DNA of 54,882 nt, counting the filler, from Circinaria calcarea (taxonomy: Eukaryota), in the NCBI GenBank assembly GCA_051942165.1. It is 2 parts of 2 records of this genome, joined end to end, with 100 filler letters (N's around TTAATTAATTAA, not from the genome) between each part and the next. Parts side by side here need not be neighbours in the genome. Positions count along the whole stretch, not along the records: positions 27,571 to 54,882 come from JAVECS010000067.1; 1 more part is not named here. The stretch is one strand, 5' to 3'. The position numbers and the translations under genes are program-made. Numbering within the stretch: the first letter of the stretch is position 1; every line of letters begins with the position of its first letter. Below are positions 50,337 through 54,882 of the stretch, in pieces. The notes below the pieces were generated by a model. That model saw nothing but the letters and a program-made list of their open reading frames with translations. It was not told the origin of the DNA and ran no database searches.

Positions 50337-52698
50337 ATGACCGACAATGATGCACCAATGGACCCGCCTTCAATCTCCCAGGCGTCTATAAACCTCGACT
50401 CGCTTATGTGGCAATCTCCGTCTGGCATGCGGCCCAGTGCTGACCGTGTCCTCCGCTTGCGGTGCTGCTGTGGGAGACCAGCCTCAGAATGCGCATACCT
50501 TGAATATAATAATGCGGCCCTAGAGGCCCTGGAAAAGGATGTGCACACGGCCGCACAAATTGGCCAGGTATGAGACGTGTGAATTTAACCTTTGGGGCTT
50601 AATCTCACTCCCAGTCTGAAATGTCCAAGCTCCTGCCCCTCGTATTTTGTGTGCGCTTCGTCCGCTGAATGACTACAGCGACATGTCGCTTACTTTTGCT
50701 CTGCAGGCACTTCTCGAGCGCCATGAGACGAACATGGCAGAGTTCGAGGCGGAGCGTCGCAGGATGGCAACCGGGATGGAAAAGCTAGAAATGGACAAAA
50801 GAGAATTGGAGGCTGCAAATGTCAAGGCGATTGAAGACAACCGCAATTTGCTAGACCAGCTTGAGGATCTGAATACTACGGTTTCCCACTCGGAGACTCA
50901 TATCCAGTCGTTGACGGAGACTCTACTTGCTACCCGACAAGAACTGCAAAGATTGGCTATACTGGCCGGGAGGACTACAACGCTCGAAGAGCAACTGCTA
51001 GCTATGGAAATAGAGCAATCGGATCTACATAATCAGCTTGCCGCGACGGAGGAGGGATATCGGTCATCGATGCTACGGTGGAAAAAGGCGGAACGAACCA
51101 TTGAACATCTCCAGGAACAGATTGACAGGATGGAAAAGGAAGTAAGGGAAGAGCGAGAGAGACATGTGGAGGTCGTCGGCCGTATTGAAAGGAGGACGGT
51201 GGTTGAGAAAGAGCTTGAGACCGCGGCCGGCAGGTTGAAAGGCACAGCTGCCGTGACTAGTCTAGGCAGGCTCCCGACTGGCAGTAACGTGGTGTCCCAT
51301 TTTGTCAAGGACATTCTCCAGGACAATGCAAACTTGCAGATAGGTATTGTAGAGCTGCGAGAGATGTTAATGAGTTCGAATCAGGAGGTGGAGAATCTGC
51401 GAGAACGGATGATGCTTCATCAAGCTGTCGCAGACGGTGATGAAGACGGAAACCACCAGAGCTCGCTGGCCGCCGAACTGAGTAAGAAGACTCCTTTGGA
51501 AGCCTTACCAGAATTCCACGTGCATCATCACTACCATCGACCCAGCAAAGGCGACGGCCTAACCAGAGACAGAGTGTCAGCTCACCGTAAACCGAGGAGG
51601 AAGCGGTCAGTCGCTATACCTGGTATTTTCACGCCACCTTCTGGGTCCCAGACGCCTCAAAGACCAGGTACTCTAAGTAGAGGTGCAACCCCCCCATCCT
51701 CTGCGGCGACTATTTTGTCACAGACCTCAGTGACAATACCTCCCGTTCCAAGCAAATCTTCGCACCGGTGGTCAATGCGGTCTTCCCAAACCGGGGCAAC
51801 GCTCCTGCCTTCTTCTGTCCCTAGCTCTCCCCGGTCCGGCTTTCGCAACTCTTCAGTGTTTGATTCGCTTGATAATGCTATCGAGTCACGACCCACAACT
51901 GCTGGGTCTAGTACCAGTTCCCCCTTGTCTGGTGCACGGGACCACTGTAAATTAGCTGATAATACCTACCAAAGCGTTTCTGGACCTCCTGCATTACAGC
52001 CCATGTCCAGCTCGTCTCAAAGCGCACTCGCATCCGATCCGCTCATCGACAACGAGCAGAGGGTCAACGCAGGATCAGAGTTCATTGTGTCTTCTCCCGG
52101 ATCAGCGTCCAGTGCGGGTGATTTATGTTCTATTGAACAGGAATTTCAGCCACGGTTACGCCGAGCAACCTCACACGAGAGCGTCCTCTCTCTCTCGGAT
52201 ATGCAGCCACACCCCGTGCAACAAGACTCATCGTACGTCTCCAGAGGCAGCCGCCTGTTTAATCCCCAAAACCGCTATCCTTTACGCTCACCAACACTCG
52301 GTTACGTCTCGAACAACGCTGTTATCAGTCCTACAAATGCCATTGGTCGCCCTGCGTTCCAGCGGCAAGGAGACAGCAGTACCTACCATCGATCTCTACT
52401 ATCTGGAGGTGCAGGTAGAAGGTTACAACCAGAAAGCGACGCGAGGTCTGAGGCTAAGAAGTCAAACATCGGGAAACGGGTTGGCGGTTGGATGTGGGGG
52501 AAATGGGGGGTGGCACCAATGGCTTCAACAGGAAACTTTCGTGCAAAAGCTGCGTTGAGTGCCATAGATGTCAGACCTCCAGGGGTAAATCAGCGAGGAC
52601 CTGTCAGGGGACTAAACCCTCCAAAGAGAGCACCCAGCACAGTTGAGGCAGTGGAGGTCGACACCAATCTGCTACGAGAGTCGCTTGGGGAAGAATAA
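50337..52698 (+). CDS. Uncharacterised fungal coiled-coil protein (N-terminal CCCG motif, HVHHHYH, Ser-rich tail)
   Basis: Exon 1 50337-50567 (LRCCCGRPASECAYL...AAQIGQ|GT) splices to ALLERHE at about 50707; long heptad-rich region. Confidence 0.8.
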
Positions 52699-53015
52699 TA
52701 AGCGTTTCTCTCCGGTTACGTCAAAGCAGTGGGAGAATTAATGAATGTAACGGAGAGATGGGTTTGTCGGATTTCCATAGACTGCTGTGGAGCCCACTTT
52801 TCCTAGAAGATATCCCAGTCACCGAGGCAATTCATTTCCATATCATGAGATAATCCTCATACTTGACTCAGACTCCATGCGTGACTTTATTCAAAAGAGA
52901 CGTATCTACTTATATCGTTCAGCACATCACTTTTGTCCTTCATTGAATTTCCCACTGGATTCTTTCCTCGATCTAGGACCAGAAGTGCAGCGGAAAACAG
53001 GTTTCGGTTGCTAAG

Positions 53016-53963
53016 ATGGCATTCAACCCTCCTTATCGTGATCCTAATGACGACCTTTCCCGAGATCCTTCCAACGATGGATATCTTATTCCCTACCTCT
53101 ACCACCGGCGGTTCGCGCCTCCCCTGTTCCATCCACCTACACCGCTTCCGCAAAGACCACGACAGACAGTCCCCGGTGTACACCCTGCGCATCCCTCCCG
53201 AAGACACCAAGTAAACTTAACCGCTCCGGCTCTACCTGCCCGGCCGGTGCCGAGAAGGCCTCGTCATGTGGAGCCACCACGGCCTCAGGCGATGGAAGAT
53301 CAGTTCCCTACAGAAGCTTCGATTCCCTATACCCAGCGTCCTGATCCACGCTTCCCATCGCCTGAATTGGAGGATCTGACCGGTGACGAACCTCGGAAAC
53401 TGACCCTCGTCGACAAAGACGGATTTGCCACACATCTTCTGAAACTCCTACCTCCGAGATCCCATGAACTGAATACTCTTCTCGTCAAAGCGAGAGGCAA
53501 ACGCGCCCCGTTCGTACCAACAGAAGATGGAATGGGCAAAGAGCGGATGGCGAAAGATGTCATCCCCGCCGACGTCCTCATCCGTCGCGCCCTGGAAACG
53601 AAGAAATTGATGCACGTCAGTGATGGGCCGAGAGGCGGCATCTGGGTGGTAGAAAAGGGGCGAGAGGAGATTGTTCGAGCGTTGGTGAAGGAGCTGGGAA
53701 AAGGGTGGAAGGTGTTGGGGGCTGGAGAGGGAGGTTGCGAGGGGAGGGTGTATATGATACATGCGTGTGGGAGGGGAGGCCCGGATATTAGGAAGCAAAC
53801 GGCGAAGAAGGGGAAGGAGCCGGAAGTCCGGGAGATTGGGAGGGAGGGGATGGAGAGGGTTGCGATGGGGTTGGGGTTGGAGTATAGACATCGGGAGAGG
53901 AGGAAGGAGAAGGGTGTGGGGCCATGGTTGGTGAGAAATCTTTTGGGGATACGGCTCGACTGA
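53016..53963 (+). CDS. Hypothetical protein (Pro-rich N-terminus)
   Basis: 315-aa ATG-initiated ORF; no recognised motif. Confidence 0.6.
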   Translation: MAFNPPYRDPNDDLSRDPSNDGYLIPYLYHRRFAPPLFHPPTPLPQRPRQTVPGVHPAHPSRRHQVNLTAPALPARPVPRRPRHVEPPRPQAMEDQFPTEASIPYTQRPDPRFPSPELEDLTGDEPRKLTLVDKDGFATHLLKLLPPRSHELNTLLVKARGKRAPFVPTEDGMGKERMAKDVIPADVLIRRALETKKLMHVSDGPRGGIWVVEKGREEIVRALVKELGKGWKVLGAGEGGCEGRVYMIHACGRGGPDIRKQTAKKGKEPEVREIGREGMERVAMGLGLEYRHRERRKEKGVGPWLVRNLLGIRLD

Positions 53964-54388
53964 GATCCGATTTTGTGTGTGGGAGGCTCGAGCTATGGAT
54001 GCGAGATCTGGATTGAATGGTTGGTAAAGTATGTGAATGCATGCATTATTAGGGTAGGCCACTACCTTTAAATAGGTTCATTCGAGAGAGCCTTTCACGC
54101 ACGAGTGGGTGTGAAGCGATGAAGAAACCTTGTCGAGCAATCTCGTCCCGTCTACTATTTACTTTCGTTGTGATTTACCCTAAGCGAGCCAACTCGATAT
54201 CTTGGCAGTGTCTGCCATATATAATTCGCTCCCTAACGTCAATTCACCCACTTAGATAAATCATCGCCCTCAAAGCCGCATAGGTCTACGCCTCGATCAT
54301 GGCGCAAAACCAATCCATCGCTGACCCACAGCGCTAATAGTCACAACCACAACTTGAAACAGCCACCCCTTTCAATCTCACCCTCAAG

Positions 54389-54882
54389 ATGTCCACTCCG
54401 GCACCCAAGCGCCGCCGCCTCGACGCCTCCGCCGCCAAGCTCACCCAGCCCTTCAAGTCACCATTCAAAACCCCTCTAAAGACCAGCAAATCGGATGACT
54501 CCGGAGGCAATTCCCCTCAACCCGACCAAACCCACCCACCACCGATACAATCAACCTCCCCCACCAGCGGAGAAGTACCGTCGACACCAACCCTAGACAG
54601 CCCGTCGACCTCGTCCACCGCTTCCACAACCTCCCTCGCCCAACTCCAGTCCACGCACACTCGCCTCCTCCACCAACTCTCCGCCCTCCGCGCCACCCTC
54701 GACACCCACACCCAAGCCCTCGCTCTGCAAACCTCCCCCCGCGACGCGGAACTCGAGCTGCTCATCTCGAAATGGAAGGCTGCGAGTCGGATGGCGGCCG
54801 AGGAGGTTTTTGCAAAAGCGAGGGATCGGGTGAATCGGATGGGTGGGGTCGGGGCGATGAGGGAGAGGGAGAGGAATAGCGG
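54389..54882 (+). CDS. Sfr1/Mei5 (Dds20)-like recombination mediator, 3' truncated by the window end
   Basis: MSTPAPKRRRLD...PFKSPFKTP...LELLISKWKAASRMAAEEVF..ARDRVNRMGGVGA; open to the window end. Confidence 0.75.
   Translation, partial: MSTPAPKRRRLDASAAKLTQPFKSPFKTPLKTSKSDDSGGNSPQPDQTHPPPIQSTSPTSGEVPSTPTLDSPSTSSTASTTSLAQLQSTHTRLLHQLSALRATLDTHTQALALQTSPRDAELELLISKWKAASRMAAEEVFAKARDRVNRMGGVGAMRERERNS

Overview
Intron-containing filamentous ascomycete (Pezizomycotina) DNA in two parts, joined by an artificial-looking 100-bp spacer (44 N + TTAATTAATTAA + 44 N, 27471-27570). Left part: after AT-rich, degenerate repeat DNA (1-1400) lies a compact three-gene biosynthetic locus. It holds a hybrid PKS-NRPS (KS-AT-DH-cMT-ER0-KR-ACP-C-A-T-R, minus strand), a cytochrome P450 with an unusual I-helix (minus) and a divergently transcribed highly reducing PKS (KS-AT-DH-cMT-ER-KR-ACP, plus). 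All three genes carry the same 10-mer, TCGGACTCGG (a CGG-N3-CGG, Zn2Cys6-type site), 140-330 bp upstream in the sense orientation, which suggests co-regulation. No trans-ER, hydrolase/acyltransferase, transporter or transcription factor gene is visible. Right part: a gene-dense housekeeping block (Hos2-type HDAC, Osh6/7-type lipid transfer protein, DUF3605/Gig1, Yng2, Nas2, Ran, AIF-like Rieske oxidoreductase, alpha-arrestin, Tgl2-like lipase, Vma10, Pet117, Sfr1/Mei5). It also contains a secreted Ser/Thr-rich protein with four Cys-rich PAN/Apple-like repeats and two uncharacterised genes. Gene models and family calls were made by eye from motifs; no database searches were run.
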